From the NCBI GenBank assembly GCA_038125995.1, contig JAYPEX010000009.1, positions 21,178 through 85,177 of the forward strand: 64,000 nucleotides of DNA, in the 5' to 3' direction. This document shows, one piece after another, positions 17,505 to 27,690 of the stretch. This DNA is from Flavobacteriaceae bacterium. GTDB taxonomy: Bacteria > Bacteroidota > Bacteroidia > Flavobacteriales > Flavobacteriaceae. Positions within the stretch are counted from its first letter, which is position 1. Each line of letters opens with the position of its first letter. The notes under the pieces were generated by a model. That model saw nothing but the letters and a program-made list of their open reading frames with translations. It was not told the DNA's origin and did not search any database. Made by a program: the position numbers and the translations under genes.

Positions 17505-18701
17505 ATGAAAAGCATTTCTGAAATTGATTTTAAGGGAAAAACCGTACTGATTCGCGTTGACTTTAATGTGCCATTAAACGAGGATAAAAAAGTTACAGAT
17601 AACAATAGAATTACTGCTGCAAAACCAACAATTGACGCAGTTGTAAAAGGAGGAGGAAAAGCCGTTTTAATGAGCCATTTAGGAAGACCGAATGGAGAGC
17701 GAAATTTTGATTTTTCACTGAAGCATATTTTATCTGAAGTAGAGGCGGTTTTAGGGCAGAACGTTGTTTTTTCAGAAGAATGCGTGGGAGCTACTGCAAA
17801 AGAAGCGGTTGATTCACTAGCTGCAGGAGGAATCCTATTATTGGAAAACTTGAGATTTCATAAAGAAGAAACGGTAGGAGATGAAGTTTTTGCAAAAGAG
17901 CTTTCTGAATTAGCCGATTTTTATATCAACGACGCCTTTGGAACTGCTCATAGGGCTCATGCTTCAACAACTGTAGTAGCACAATTCTTCAAAGGAAACT
18001 GTTGTTTTGGCAGTCTATTGGCAAAAGAAATTGACGCAATTGAAAAGGTGATGAGAACAGGTGAAAAGCCAATTACCGCAATCCTTGGAGGATCTAAAGT
18101 TTCTTCAAAAATCACGATTATAGAAAACATCTTAGACAAGGTTGATCATATGATTATCGGTGGAGGTATGGCGTATACCTTTATCAAGGCACAAGGAGGA
18201 TCGATTGGAAACTCTATTTGTGAGGACGATAAAATGGAATTAGCTCTTGATATTTTAAAACAAGCGAAGGCTAAAGGCGTTCAAATTCACTTACCAGTAG
18301 ATGTGGTGGCGGGGGATGATTTTAGCAACGACGCCAACACGAGAGTATTTCCAAGTAATGCCATCGAAAAGGGATGGGAAGGAATGGATTCCGGACCTGA
18401 AACTCAAAAGCATTCTAGAGAAATTTTATTGTCTTCTAAGACCATCTTGTGGAATGGTCCTGTAGGAGTTTTTGAAATGGACACCTTCTCAAAAGGAACC
18501 ATCAATATCGGAAATTCTATAGCTGACGCCACTAAAGCAGGAGCCTTTTCACTTGTTGGCGGAGGTGATTCAGTTGCAGCTGTAAAACAATTTGGCTTTG
18601 AGCACAAAGTCACTTATGTGTCTACTGGAGGTGGAGCGATGTTAGAATCCTTAGAAGGAAGAACGCTTCCTGGAATCGCCGCGATCTACGAAATGGCCTA
18701 A
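17505..18701 (+). CDS. pgk: phosphoglycerate kinase
   Basis: 398 aa with RVDFNVP, SHLGRP, NDAFGTAHRAHAST and STGGGA blocks. Confidence 0.96.
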   Translation: MKSISEIDFKGKTVLIRVDFNVPLNEDKKVTDNNRITAAKPTIDAVVKGGGKAVLMSHLGRPNGERNFDFSLKHILSEVEAVLGQNVVFSEECVGATAKEAVDSLAAGGILLLENLRFHKEETVGDEVFAKELSELADFYINDAFGTAHRAHASTTVVAQFFKGNCCFGSLLAKEIDAIEKVMRTGEKPITAILGGSKVSSKITIIENILDKVDHMIIGGGMAYTFIKAQGGSIGNSICEDDKMELALDILKQAKAKGVQIHLPVDVVAGDDFSNDANTRVFPSNAIEKGWEGMDSGPETQKHSREILLSSKTILWNGPVGVFEMDTFSKGTINIGNSIADATKAGAFSLVGGGDSVAAVKQFGFEHKVTYVSTGGGAMLESLEGRTLPGIAAIYEMA

Positions 18702-18705
18702 TCAG

Positions 18706-20187
18706 ATGAAAAAAATAACGGTCTTTGGGTTTTTTATTCTTGTATTCTTGGGGGTCAGCGCTCAAGAGGGAACTACTGTTTCATTAGAACAAAAACCCAA
18801 AGACAGTATTAAAAGCAAGAAAGAAACTCCTCGAGTCTTTCAGGATCTTTTAGCGACTGCTCACACCGACAGTCTCTGGCTTGCTTCTTTAGCAGAGATG
18901 ATTCCCCTTGGAGAAATCGCCTCAGACTTAGTAGCCCCTATCGATCACAGTGATTTTAAGAAAGACAGCATTATGAGTCGTTTGGATCTATTAGATCAGA
19001 AGACGATTTTCAATGTGACTTACCATCCTTCATTGGAATCCGTTATTCGCACCTTTCTAACTGATAAAAGGGAATTGATGCAGCGTGTTTTAGATCGTTC
19101 AAAATATTACTTTCCACTATTTGAACAAGAATTAGACGCGGCTGGATTACCTCTGGAGATCAAGTATTTGGCTATTGTTGAATCAGCCTTAAATCCACAG
19201 GCCAAATCAAGAGTTGGAGCCACAGGACTTTGGCAGTTTATGTATGCCACCGGTAAGATGCATCAGCTTTCTGTTTCAAACTACGTGGATGATCGTCAAG
19301 ACCCTGTAAAATCGACAAAAGCAGCTGTCGCCTATCTCAAGCAACTCTATAAGATTTTTGGGGATTGGAATCTCGCTTTAGCAGCCTATAATTCGGGTCC
19401 TGGAAACGTCAATAAAGCGATTCGAAGATCCGGCGGAAAGAAAGACTTTTGGGCCATAAGACCCTTTTTGCCTCGTGAAACTTCAGGATATGTTCCAGCT
19501 TTTATGGCCAGTATGTTCATTTTTGAATATGCGGAAGAACTCGGATTTCAAAACAGAGCCATTGACACACCGCTTTATGCAACGGATACCATTCACGTCA
19601 AGAACTGGATTAACTTCGAGCAGGTTTCGAGACTGGCAAATGTCGATATCGAAAAAATAAAACAACTCAATCCGTCTTATAAACTCGACATTGTTCCATA
19701 TGTAAAAGGCTCTGATTTTAGTCTTCGATTACCCCTCGATGCTCTTGGTCGATTTGTTGCCAATGAAGACAGCATCTATTCCGTAATCGCAGCTGAGTTT
19801 GAAGCCAACAAACCCAAAAGCCCAATGCTCGTAGAGGCTGAAGCTCCTCTGAGGTATCGTGTTCAAAGTGGTGATTTCTTAGGAAAAATCGCTGAAAAAT
19901 ACGGAGTGTATGTCAGTCAAATTAAGCGTTGGAACAACTTGAGTTCCAACACCATTCAAGTTGGCCAACTGCTGCTTATTTATCCTAGAAAATTTCCAAA
20001 GACGACTGCAACTTCGACAACTAGTTCGAATCAAAAATACTATACGGTTCGCTCTGGAGATTCGCTCTGGAGTATCTCTAAGAAATTTAATGGCATAAGT
20101 TTTGAGGATTTAAAAAAGTGGAATGCACATTTGGGGTCTAATATTGCTGTTGGTACCAAGGTGCTTTTGTGTAACTGCACGCCTTAA
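18706..20187 (+). CDS. lytic murein transglycosylase (MltD-like) with two C-terminal LysM domains
   Basis: Signal peptide present. The SLT catalytic block is ESALNPQAKSRVGATGLWQFM...AYNSGPGNV. The two LysM repeats are YRVQSGDFLGKIAEKYG and YTVRSGDSLWSISKKF. Confidence 0.85.
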   Translation: MKKITVFGFFILVFLGVSAQEGTTVSLEQKPKDSIKSKKETPRVFQDLLATAHTDSLWLASLAEMIPLGEIASDLVAPIDHSDFKKDSIMSRLDLLDQKTIFNVTYHPSLESVIRTFLTDKRELMQRVLDRSKYYFPLFEQELDAAGLPLEIKYLAIVESALNPQAKSRVGATGLWQFMYATGKMHQLSVSNYVDDRQDPVKSTKAAVAYLKQLYKIFGDWNLALAAYNSGPGNVNKAIRRSGGKKDFWAIRPFLPRETSGYVPAFMASMFIFEYAEELGFQNRAIDTPLYATDTIHVKNWINFEQVSRLANVDIEKIKQLNPSYKLDIVPYVKGSDFSLRLPLDALGRFVANEDSIYSVIAAEFEANKPKSPMLVEAEAPLRYRVQSGDFLGKIAEKYGVYVSQIKRWNNLSSNTIQVGQLLLIYPRKFPKTTATSTTSSNQKYYTVRSGDSLWSISKKFNGISFEDLKKWNAHLGSNIAVGTKVLLCNCTP

Positions 20188-20190
20188 ATT

Positions 20191-21180
20191 ATGAAGAAAA
20201 TTCTTGTCATTCTAGCTATTTTATCGACCTTAGGCTCTTGTAAGAACACTACAGATTCCGATTATACTTTTTTACCTAAATCCATAGGCCCCATTCATTC
20301 CGTTTTGGTTGTCATGGAAGACGCACTATGGAATTCAGCACTAGGAGACAGTATTCGTTCTTCTTTTTACGCCCCCGTTAAAGGGCTTTCGCTTGTGGAA
20401 TCTCGTCTGCAGATTCAGCACATTCCACCCTCCATATTTACGGGAACCATCAAGCAAAACAGAACCGTTTTATTTGCGGAAATAGATTCGCTTTCTCAAG
20501 CCTATATGAGACAAGACGTCTATGCCACGCCCCAGCAGGTTGCTGTGATTAAAGGCAGAACAACCCAGGAGTTGATCGATTCCTTTGCGGATCACTATGA
20601 GGAGTTTATAGAGGCGTTTAGAGATATAGAATTAGCAGAAACTCAAGAGCGCTTTAAGCGATCTCTGAGCAAAGATAAATGCCTTGAAGAGCTCTTTGGA
20701 GTTCGATTGAATATGCCGTCGATCTATCAACTCGGAAAAAAGTCGGATGACTTTCTTTGGTTTGATCGCCCAGTGCCCAAGGGGACCTTAAACCTCATTG
20801 CCTACGAACTGCCTTCAGGAGTTTTTACACAGCCCAATGATTTAGTTGGAGACCTTATTTTTAGAAGAGATGCGGTAGTGAGTGAACATATTCCAGGACC
20901 AGATGTCCCTGGCAAAACAACTTATATGCTTACTGAAAACATCTTGAGACCTTATGTAAAAGCTGTTACAGTTTCTGGACTACCGGCTGTTGAAATGAGG
21001 GGGATGTGGGAAATGCACAACTATGCGATGGCTGGACCCTTTGTAAGCTATTTTATCAACGACAAGAAAAACGACCGTATATTAGTGCTCGAGGGCTTTG
21101 TGTTTGCTCCAAATGAGCTCAAGCGCAATCTTTTATTTGAACTAGAAGCCATTATTAAAACGCTTGAAATAGTCGAATAA
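20191..21180 (+). CDS. lipoprotein of unknown function (DUF4837-like)
   Basis: 329 aa with lipobox LSTLGSC and no catalytic motif. The family assignment is from memory of Bacteroidetes homologues and is uncertain. Confidence 0.45.
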   Translation: MKKILVILAILSTLGSCKNTTDSDYTFLPKSIGPIHSVLVVMEDALWNSALGDSIRSSFYAPVKGLSLVESRLQIQHIPPSIFTGTIKQNRTVLFAEIDSLSQAYMRQDVYATPQQVAVIKGRTTQELIDSFADHYEEFIEAFRDIELAETQERFKRSLSKDKCLEELFGVRLNMPSIYQLGKKSDDFLWFDRPVPKGTLNLIAYELPSGVFTQPNDLVGDLIFRRDAVVSEHIPGPDVPGKTTYMLTENILRPYVKAVTVSGLPAVEMRGMWEMHNYAMAGPFVSYFINDKKNDRILVLEGFVFAPNELKRNLLFELEAIIKTLEIVE

Positions 21181-21205
21181 AAAAACCGCTCTAAGGCGGT
21201 TTCTT
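21179..21205. terminator. bidirectional intrinsic terminator between convergent genes
   Basis: Sequence aaaaaa-CCGC-tctaag-GCGG-tttctt, located between the DUF4837-like gene (+) and tatA (-). Confidence 0.6.
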
Positions 21206-21229
21206 ACAATTTTATTTTAAGAAAATAAC

Positions 21230-21424
21230 TTATTCTTTGTTTTCCTTTTTAGGGTCCACAGTGTCGTTTTCTTCTTTAGAAGCGTCCTTAAACTCTTTAA
21301 TTCCACTTCCTAATCCGCGCATTAATTCTGGAATTTTCTTTCCTCCGAATAAGAGTAATACGAGAATTACTACAATTACGATTTGGTATGGTCCAGGAAT
21401 TAAGGGTAAAAACAGTGATGTCAT
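21230..21424 (-). CDS. tatA: twin-arginine translocase TatA/TatE family subunit
   Basis: Taken from the internal Met, giving 64 aa: one TM helix plus [21 protein letters not shown]. The promoter motif lies inside the longer ORF, which favours the 21424 start. Confidence 0.85.
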   Translation of the reverse strand: MTSLFLPLIPGPYQIVIVVILVLLLFGGKKIPELMRGLGSGIKEFKDASKEENDTVDPKKENKE

Positions 21425-21445
21425 GATTTTGAAATTTTGTAAAAA

Positions 21446-21453
21446 CAAATGTA
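21446..21453 (-). promoter_or_regulatory. -7 promoter element (TACATTTG) upstream of tatA
   Basis: TAnnTTTG on the minus strand, 21 nt before the ATG at 21424. Confidence 0.45.
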
Positions 21454-21529
21454 ATAAAAAACTTCAAAGATGCTTGTGTTTCGACACTTTTAAGATGAAT
21501 TCTCTGTATAATTCAACATTTTTTTGGCC

Positions 21530-21537
21530 TATATTTG
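21530..21537 (+). promoter_or_regulatory. -7 promoter element (TATATTTG) abutting the M23 peptidase start
   Basis: Exact TAnnTTTG ending 7 nt before the ATG at 21545. Confidence 0.4.
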
Positions 21538-21544
21538 TTTTTAA

Positions 21545-22414
21545 ATGAACAAACCGAAGAAAAAAAACAAGGAACTCAAAAAGAAATGGCTTCATCACTA
21601 TCGGTTGGTAGTGCTCAATGAAGACACATATGAGGAAAAGTATTCTCTAAAATTGAACAGGCTAAGTGTGTTCGTTTATTTGGGGCTTGGTTCTGTTTTT
21701 TTAGTGGCAATTACAACTTTAATAATTGCCTTTACACCTCTTCGAGAATATATTCCGGGTTATTCTTCAACAGATCTCAGAAGAACGGCCTTGCTTTTAG
21801 AAGAACAGACCGATTCACTGTCAAGGGCGATTCGACATAACAACCTATATCTAGAGCGTATTCGAATGGTATTAAATGGCGATTATACGACTGCTGAAAT
21901 GGATCGTGATTCGCTTTTGCAAAATTATAATTTGGATACGGTTGCCATAAGTATCAATCCTATTAAAGAAGATTCAATTCTCAGAGAACAGGTGTCCATG
22001 GAGGAGAAATACAATTTATTTTATCAGGGAGGGGAACCAACAGAATTGGTGCTTTACCCTCCTTTAGAAGGAGTGGTTTCGGACTCATTTGATCCACAGA
22101 ACAATCATTACGCTATTGATATTATCGCTCAAACAAAGGCTCCTGTTAAAGCAATAGCCGAGGGAATGGTGGTGTTCTCCGATTGGACCTCAGAGACTGG
22201 CTATGTCATCATCATCGAACACTCAGACGATTTTATATCAGCCTATAAACACAATGGGTCCTTATTCAAAAAACAGGGAGATCAAGTAGAGGCAGGAGAG
22301 GCAATTGCTACTGTTGGAAATACTGGAGAGTACACCACTGGACCTCATTTGCACTTTGAACTTTGGAAAGAATTGAAACCCGTAAATCCAACCAATTATA
22401 TTGATTTTAACTAG
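21545..22414 (+). CDS. M23 family metallopeptidase (membrane-anchored)
   Basis: 289 aa with an N-terminal TM anchor and LytM motifs HYAIDI and GNTGEYTTGPHLHFEL. Confidence 0.85.
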   Translation: MNKPKKKNKELKKKWLHHYRLVVLNEDTYEEKYSLKLNRLSVFVYLGLGSVFLVAITTLIIAFTPLREYIPGYSSTDLRRTALLLEEQTDSLSRAIRHNNLYLERIRMVLNGDYTTAEMDRDSLLQNYNLDTVAISINPIKEDSILREQVSMEEKYNLFYQGGEPTELVLYPPLEGVVSDSFDPQNNHYAIDIIAQTKAPVKAIAEGMVVFSDWTSETGYVIIIEHSDDFISAYKHNGSLFKKQGDQVEAGEAIATVGNTGEYTTGPHLHFELWKELKPVNPTNYIDFN

Positions 22415-23914
22415 ATGATTCCATTAAAAGCCATAGCCGCTAAGCTCTTTGCAGCTCGAATAGACAAGAGTACAAAAAAGTGGAGTTCTAATCCTGTTAA
22501 AATTCAAAAAACTCTTTTTTATTCACTGATCGAAAACGCTAAAGGGACGGCTTTTGGTAAAGATCACGGATTTGACAGAATAAAGAGTCATCAAGACTTT
22601 GTAAATGCAGTGCCCATTCGCGATTATGAGGATTTAAAGCCCTATATCAATCGTGTGATCAATGAAGAAAAGGACGTGCTGTGGCCAGGATTTCCCTCCT
22701 ACTTTGCAAAGACCTCAGGAACCACCTCTGGAGCCAAATACATACCGATAACTGTGGTGTCTATGAAACAGCAGGTGCGCGCCTCTAGAGATGCAATTCT
22801 ATCCTATATTCACGAGACTGGAAATGCAGATATCGTTCTAAGAAAGATGATTTTTTTGCAGGGAAGCCCAAAGCTCGATGCATCTAAAAAGATCAAAACA
22901 GGCCGACTTTCAGGGATTTCAGCACATTATGTGCCTAACTACCTTCAAAAGAACAGATTGCCTTCTTGGGAAACCAATTGTATTGAGGACTGGGAAACTA
23001 AGGTAGACGCTATAGTTGAAGAGACGATCCATCAGGATATGGGAGTGATTGCCGGAATTCCTTCATGGGTTCAAATGTATTTTGAGAAGCTCAAGGAGAA
23101 ATCTGGTAAACCCATTACGGAGCTCTTTAAAAACTTTCAATTGTTTATCTACGGAGGCGTGAATTACAAGCCGTATCAAGCCAAGTTTGTCGAGCTCATG
23201 GGCAAGGAGGTCGATTCTATTGAATTATTTCCTGCAAGCGAGGGATTTTTTGCCTACCAAGATCAACAAAGCGAAGTTGGGATGCTACTTTGTTTGGACC
23301 ACGGGATTTTTTATGAATTTATTGAGGCTGATCACTTTTTTGATGAAACCCCCAGGCGTTTAACCATCGCAGAGGTTCAAAAAGGTGTGAATTACGCGAT
23401 GATTATTTCAACCAACGCAGGACTTTGGGCTTATAATATCGGGGATACAGTTCAGTTTGTGTCGACAGACCCCTACCGAGTGATTGTTTCAGGGCGTATT
23501 AAGCATTTCATATCAGCCTTTGGAGAGCACGTTATTGCGAAAGAGGTCGAGTATTCTATGAAAAAGGCAATCGACGATTGTGGAGGTTCTGTGGTAGAGT
23601 TTACAGTAGCCCCTCAAATTGTTCCAAAAGATGGAGAACTCCCCTATCACGAATGGTTTGTAGAGTTTGAACAGCTTCCTGAAGACCTCAATGCTTTTAC
23701 CCAGGCATTGAACTTAGAAATGCAGTCGCAAAACACCTATTACGACGACCTCATCAAGGGAAATGTTTTACAGCGACTTCAAATTCGAATTGTTCAAAAG
23801 GGGGGTTTTACCAACTTAATGAAGAAACGAGGAAAATTAGGAGGTCAAAATAAAATTCAACGACTGGCCAACGATCGCAGTTTAGCAGATGAACTCGTCG
23901 ATTATATCCAATAA
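22415..23914 (+). CDS. GH3 (auxin-responsive promoter) family acyl-adenylate-forming protein
   Basis: 499 aa. Contains FAKTSGTTSGAKYIP (AMP-binding-like P-loop), YGGVNY, YNIGD, and a C-terminal basic tail GGQNKIQRL typical of bacterial GH3 proteins. Confidence 0.72.
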   Translation: MIPLKAIAAKLFAARIDKSTKKWSSNPVKIQKTLFYSLIENAKGTAFGKDHGFDRIKSHQDFVNAVPIRDYEDLKPYINRVINEEKDVLWPGFPSYFAKTSGTTSGAKYIPITVVSMKQQVRASRDAILSYIHETGNADIVLRKMIFLQGSPKLDASKKIKTGRLSGISAHYVPNYLQKNRLPSWETNCIEDWETKVDAIVEETIHQDMGVIAGIPSWVQMYFEKLKEKSGKPITELFKNFQLFIYGGVNYKPYQAKFVELMGKEVDSIELFPASEGFFAYQDQQSEVGMLLCLDHGIFYEFIEADHFFDETPRRLTIAEVQKGVNYAMIISTNAGLWAYNIGDTVQFVSTDPYRVIVSGRIKHFISAFGEHVIAKEVEYSMKKAIDDCGGSVVEFTVAPQIVPKDGELPYHEWFVEFEQLPEDLNAFTQALNLEMQSQNTYYDDLIKGNVLQRLQIRIVQKGGFTNLMKKRGKLGGQNKIQRLANDRSLADELVDYIQ

Positions 23915-23939
23915 GAGATTAAAGCCTTATTTTTAAACT

Positions 23940-24983
23940 ATGAAGGAGTCAAAAAACATATTGATTACAGGAGGAGCTGGATTTATCGGCTCACACCTCT
24001 GTAGGCATATGGTCAGCTCTTATCCTAATTACCGTGTGATCAATCTCGATCTACTCACCTATGCTGGAAATAAAGACACTATTGAAGATTTAGAGTCGTA
24101 TTCCAATTATCAGTTTGTATGTGGAGACATCACTGACAAAGACTTTGTGGAACAACTTTTTATAGAAAAGGAAATCGACAGCATCATTCACTTAGCGGCA
24201 GAATCTCATGTAGATCGTTCGATCACCGACCCCCTAACCTTTGTAAAGACCAACGTTGAAGGGACTGCGAACTTGTTGAATGCCGCTTTAACACAAGAAA
24301 ACTTTAAACGATTTTATCACATTTCTACCGATGAGGTGTTTGGTTCACTGGGTGCTGAGGGTTTTTTTACTGAGGACAGCCCCTATGCTCCTAATTCTCC
24401 CTATTCGGCATCCAAAGCGAGTTCGGATATGCTCGTAAGAGCCTACGGGGAAACCTATGGATTACCTTATGTAATCTCCAATTGCTCTAATAATTACGGG
24501 CCTTGTCAGTTTCCGGAAAAACTGATACCCGTATGTATTGAAAATGCCTTAAACAAGGAGGCTATTCCAGTATATGGTGACGGCAAATACACCAGAGACT
24601 GGCTGTATGTTCAGGATCATGTCGAAGCGATGGATCTAATTTTTCACAAGGCTGAAAACACTAAAACCTATTTGATCGGTGGTTGTAATGAGGTTCAGAA
24701 TATTGACTTAGTCCATTTGATATGTGAACAGCTAGAGGAGAAGCTCCAAAAAAAAAGCGGGAGCCTTCAAAAGCTGATACGTTTTGTTAAAGATCGACCT
24801 GGACATGATAAGCGCTACGCCATTGATGCTTCCAAGCTCGAAACCGAATTGGGATGGAAGCCCAAATACAATTTTAAACAAGGCCTGGATTGCACCATCG
24901 ATTGGTATTTAAACAACAAGAAGTGGTTGGAACGCATTCACTCTGGAGCTTACCGAATCAATAATTCAAAAAAAAAGCACTAA
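23940..24983 (+). CDS. rfbB: dTDP-glucose 4,6-dehydratase
   Basis: 347 aa with Rossmann motif ITGGAGFIGS, catalytic YSASK, and DRPGHDKRYAID. Confidence 0.93.
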   Translation: MKESKNILITGGAGFIGSHLCRHMVSSYPNYRVINLDLLTYAGNKDTIEDLESYSNYQFVCGDITDKDFVEQLFIEKEIDSIIHLAAESHVDRSITDPLTFVKTNVEGTANLLNAALTQENFKRFYHISTDEVFGSLGAEGFFTEDSPYAPNSPYSASKASSDMLVRAYGETYGLPYVISNCSNNYGPCQFPEKLIPVCIENALNKEAIPVYGDGKYTRDWLYVQDHVEAMDLIFHKAENTKTYLIGGCNEVQNIDLVHLICEQLEEKLQKKSGSLQKLIRFVKDRPGHDKRYAIDASKLETELGWKPKYNFKQGLDCTIDWYLNNKKWLERIHSGAYRINNSKKKH

Positions 24984-25531
24984 TGCAGCATCATAAAACA
25001 TCAATAACGGGTTGTTTTGAGCTTATTCCAAGGGTTTTTAAGGATGAGCGCGGGACGTTTAAAGAGTGTTTTAAAAGTTCAAAGCTAGAAGAAATTCTAG
25101 GCTATGCTCCTGACTTTGTTCAGGAAAACGAATCGGAATCTCATTACGGCACCATAAGAGGGTTGCATTATCAAAAAGGAGCAATGGCTCAAGCCAAGCT
25201 CATTAGAGTCGTTGAAGGGCTTATTTTGGATGTTGTCGTAGACCTTAGAGCTGACTCTGATAGTTTTGGAACACATTATGCGGTTGAACTCTCGAAAGAG
25301 AAGGGAAATCAACTCTTTATTCCAAGAGGCTGTGCTCACGGTTTTGTAGTCTTATCTAAAACAGCGACCATTACCTACCTCTGTGATAACGAATACCATC
25401 CAGAGTCAGAAGCTGGGATACTGTACAGTGATCACCATTTAGGAATCGATTGGAAATTAAACTCCAACGAACTTATTGTCTCTAAAAAAGATCTCGAATT
25501 GCCTTTATTTAATGAAATCAGTTATGAGTAG
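24983..25531 (+). CDS. rfbC: dTDP-4-dehydrorhamnose 3,5-epimerase
   Basis: 182 aa cupin with DERGTF, RGLHYQ, KLIRVVEG and IPRGCAHGF. Confidence 0.9.
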   Translation: MQHHKTSITGCFELIPRVFKDERGTFKECFKSSKLEEILGYAPDFVQENESESHYGTIRGLHYQKGAMAQAKLIRVVEGLILDVVVDLRADSDSFGTHYAVELSKEKGNQLFIPRGCAHGFVVLSKTATITYLCDNEYHPESEAGILYSDHHLGIDWKLNSNELIVSKKDLELPLFNEISYE

Positions 25532-26363
25532 AATTCTCATTACAGGTGCCAACGGGCAGCTCGGTCAATGTTTTAAGCAGATTGAAAAACAGTTTGATTT
25601 GGAGCTGGTCTTCGCTTCAAAGGAGACACTTGATATTACTGACCAAGAAGCGGTAGATCAGAAGTTGAGTGACCATCAATACGATTATCTAATTAACTGC
25701 GCTGCTTATACGGCGGTTGATGCAGCAGAATCTAATGTGGAATTGGCTCAACGACTCAATGAAATGGCAGTAGGGTTCATTGCAAGCGCTTGTCAAAAGC
25801 ATTCTGTTCACCTGGTTCATATTTCTACAGACTTTGTTTTTGATGGGCTTAAAACAAGCCCTTACACCCCTGAGGACGCAACCAACCCTCAATCGGTTTA
25901 TGGAAGCACTAAAAGAGCAGGAGAGGAGTGCATCGAACAAAGCGGTGCGACTTATAGTATAATTAGAGCTTCATGGCTGTATTCTAACTTTGCCAACAAC
26001 TTTTATAAAACCATAATTCGTCTAGCTCAAACTAAAGATCAGATCAATGTGGTCAGTGATCAAATTGGCGTTCCTGTATCGGCTCAAGAATTAGCCAAAC
26101 AATTGCTTCAACTTATTTTCAATAAGAAGCTCCCCACAGGAATTCTTCACTTTGCTCATAGCGGTCACTGTTCTTGGATGGAATTTGCACAAAAAATAGT
26201 GGAGCACCAAAAGCTAGACCTAAGAATTGAACCGATTAGTACAGAAGCTTATGGTGCTGCGGCAAAACGACCTGCGTACTCAGTTATGAAACCGAGTTCT
26301 TGTTTTGAACAATTTCCTTGGGAAAAGGCATTAAAAGATGTGGTTTTGGCTTCCAAACACTAA
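25524..26363 (+). CDS. rfbD: dTDP-4-dehydrorhamnose reductase
   Basis: Taken from the internal Met (MSRILITGANGQLG). Contains INCAAYTAVD, STDFVFDG and YGSTKRAGE. The start overlaps the rfbC stop by 8 nt. Confidence 0.88.
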   Translation: MSRILITGANGQLGQCFKQIEKQFDLELVFASKETLDITDQEAVDQKLSDHQYDYLINCAAYTAVDAAESNVELAQRLNEMAVGFIASACQKHSVHLVHISTDFVFDGLKTSPYTPEDATNPQSVYGSTKRAGEECIEQSGATYSIIRASWLYSNFANNFYKTIIRLAQTKDQINVVSDQIGVPVSAQELAKQLLQLIFNKKLPTGILHFAHSGHCSWMEFAQKIVEHQKLDLRIEPISTEAYGAAAKRPAYSVMKPSSCFEQFPWEKALKDVVLASKH

Positions 26364-26372
26364 ACAAAAGTG

Positions 26373-26380
26373 TATTTTTG
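26373..26380 (+). promoter_or_regulatory. -7 promoter element (TATTTTTG) upstream of purD
   Basis: Exact TAnnTTTG 16 nt before the purD ATG. Confidence 0.45.
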
Positions 26381-26396
26381 TAAAAAATAATACACG

Positions 26397-27668
26397 ATGA
26401 ACATTTTTATTCTAGGAAGTGGAGGTAGAGAACACACCTTTGCTTGGAAATTAGCACAAAGTGAATCAAAACCCAACTTGTTTGTTGCTCCAGGTAATGC
26501 TGGAACACACGAGATCGCAACGAACTTACCGATCAATGTCAATGATTTTCAAGGGATTAAAGAAGCGGTTTTAGCTCATGATATTGATATGGTAGTCGTA
26601 GGACCAGAAGACCCATTGGTTAATGGCGTACACGACTTTTTCCTAGAAGACGACCAGTTAAAAAAAATACCCGTCATTGGTCCTCAAAAGGCCGCGGCTG
26701 AACTTGAAGGTTCAAAAGCTTTTGCCAAAGCCTTTATGGAGCGTCACCATATTCCTACAGCGGCTTACAAAGAGTTTACTCAAGAGAATTTAGAGGAAGG
26801 CTATGCATTCTTAGAAAGCCTAAATCCTCCCTATGTACTCAAAGCAGATGGATTAGCTGCTGGAAAAGGAGTGTTAATCCTACAAGACCTTCAGGAAGCG
26901 AAGGACGAGCTAAAATCCATGATTTCTGATGGAAAATTTGGAGCAGCTAGTGCGAGAGTCGTAATTGAAGAGTTTTTAGATGGAATCGAACTTTCTGTGT
27001 TTGTGTTAACTGATGGAAAAAACTACAAAGTGCTTCCAACTGCTAAAGATTACAAGCGAATAGGAGAGGGGGATACTGGACTCAATACCGGAGGAATGGG
27101 AGCTATATCTCCAGTTCCTTTTGCCAACGAGGAATTTATGGCAAAGATTCACGATCGAATCATCGAACCTACCGTAAGAGGCCTCGAAAAAGACAACTTA
27201 CCTTATAAAGGATTTATCTTCATTGGTCTTATCAAAGTTGGAGAGGACCCTAAAGTGATCGAATACAATGTTCGTATGGGAGATCCAGAAACGGAAGTGG
27301 TATTACCGAGATTAAAAACTGATTTTGTTGAGATATTTAAATCGGTAGCCAATGGCACCTTAGATCAGATACCTTTTGAAATTGACTCTAGGGCAGCAAC
27401 TACTGTGATGAACGTGGCTGGAGGTTATCCAGAAACTTACCATAAAGGTGATGAAATTACCGGAATTGACACTGTAACAGATCAGATTGTATTTCAGGCA
27501 GGAACAACGATAAAAGACGGAAAAACTGTAACCAACGGAGGTAGAGTTCTCGCAGTTACTGCTTTTGGAACTGACTTTAAAGAAGCACTTCAATCTTCTT
27601 ATGAAGGGGTTTCAAAAATTCAGTTTAAAGACCGTTACTACAGAACAGACTTAGGATTTGATTTGTAA
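26397..27668 (+). CDS. purD: phosphoribosylamine--glycine ligase
   Basis: 423 aa with MNIFILGSGGREH, VLKADGLAAGKGV, an ATP-grasp fold and RMGDPE. Confidence 0.95.
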   Translation: MNIFILGSGGREHTFAWKLAQSESKPNLFVAPGNAGTHEIATNLPINVNDFQGIKEAVLAHDIDMVVVGPEDPLVNGVHDFFLEDDQLKKIPVIGPQKAAAELEGSKAFAKAFMERHHIPTAAYKEFTQENLEEGYAFLESLNPPYVLKADGLAAGKGVLILQDLQEAKDELKSMISDGKFGAASARVVIEEFLDGIELSVFVLTDGKNYKVLPTAKDYKRIGEGDTGLNTGGMGAISPVPFANEEFMAKIHDRIIEPTVRGLEKDNLPYKGFIFIGLIKVGEDPKVIEYNVRMGDPETEVVLPRLKTDFVEIFKSVANGTLDQIPFEIDSRAATTVMNVAGGYPETYHKGDEITGIDTVTDQIVFQAGTTIKDGKTVTNGGRVLAVTAFGTDFKEALQSSYEGVSKIQFKDRYYRTDLGFDL

Positions 27669-27690
27669 GTTTTAAATTAATTAAGACCAC

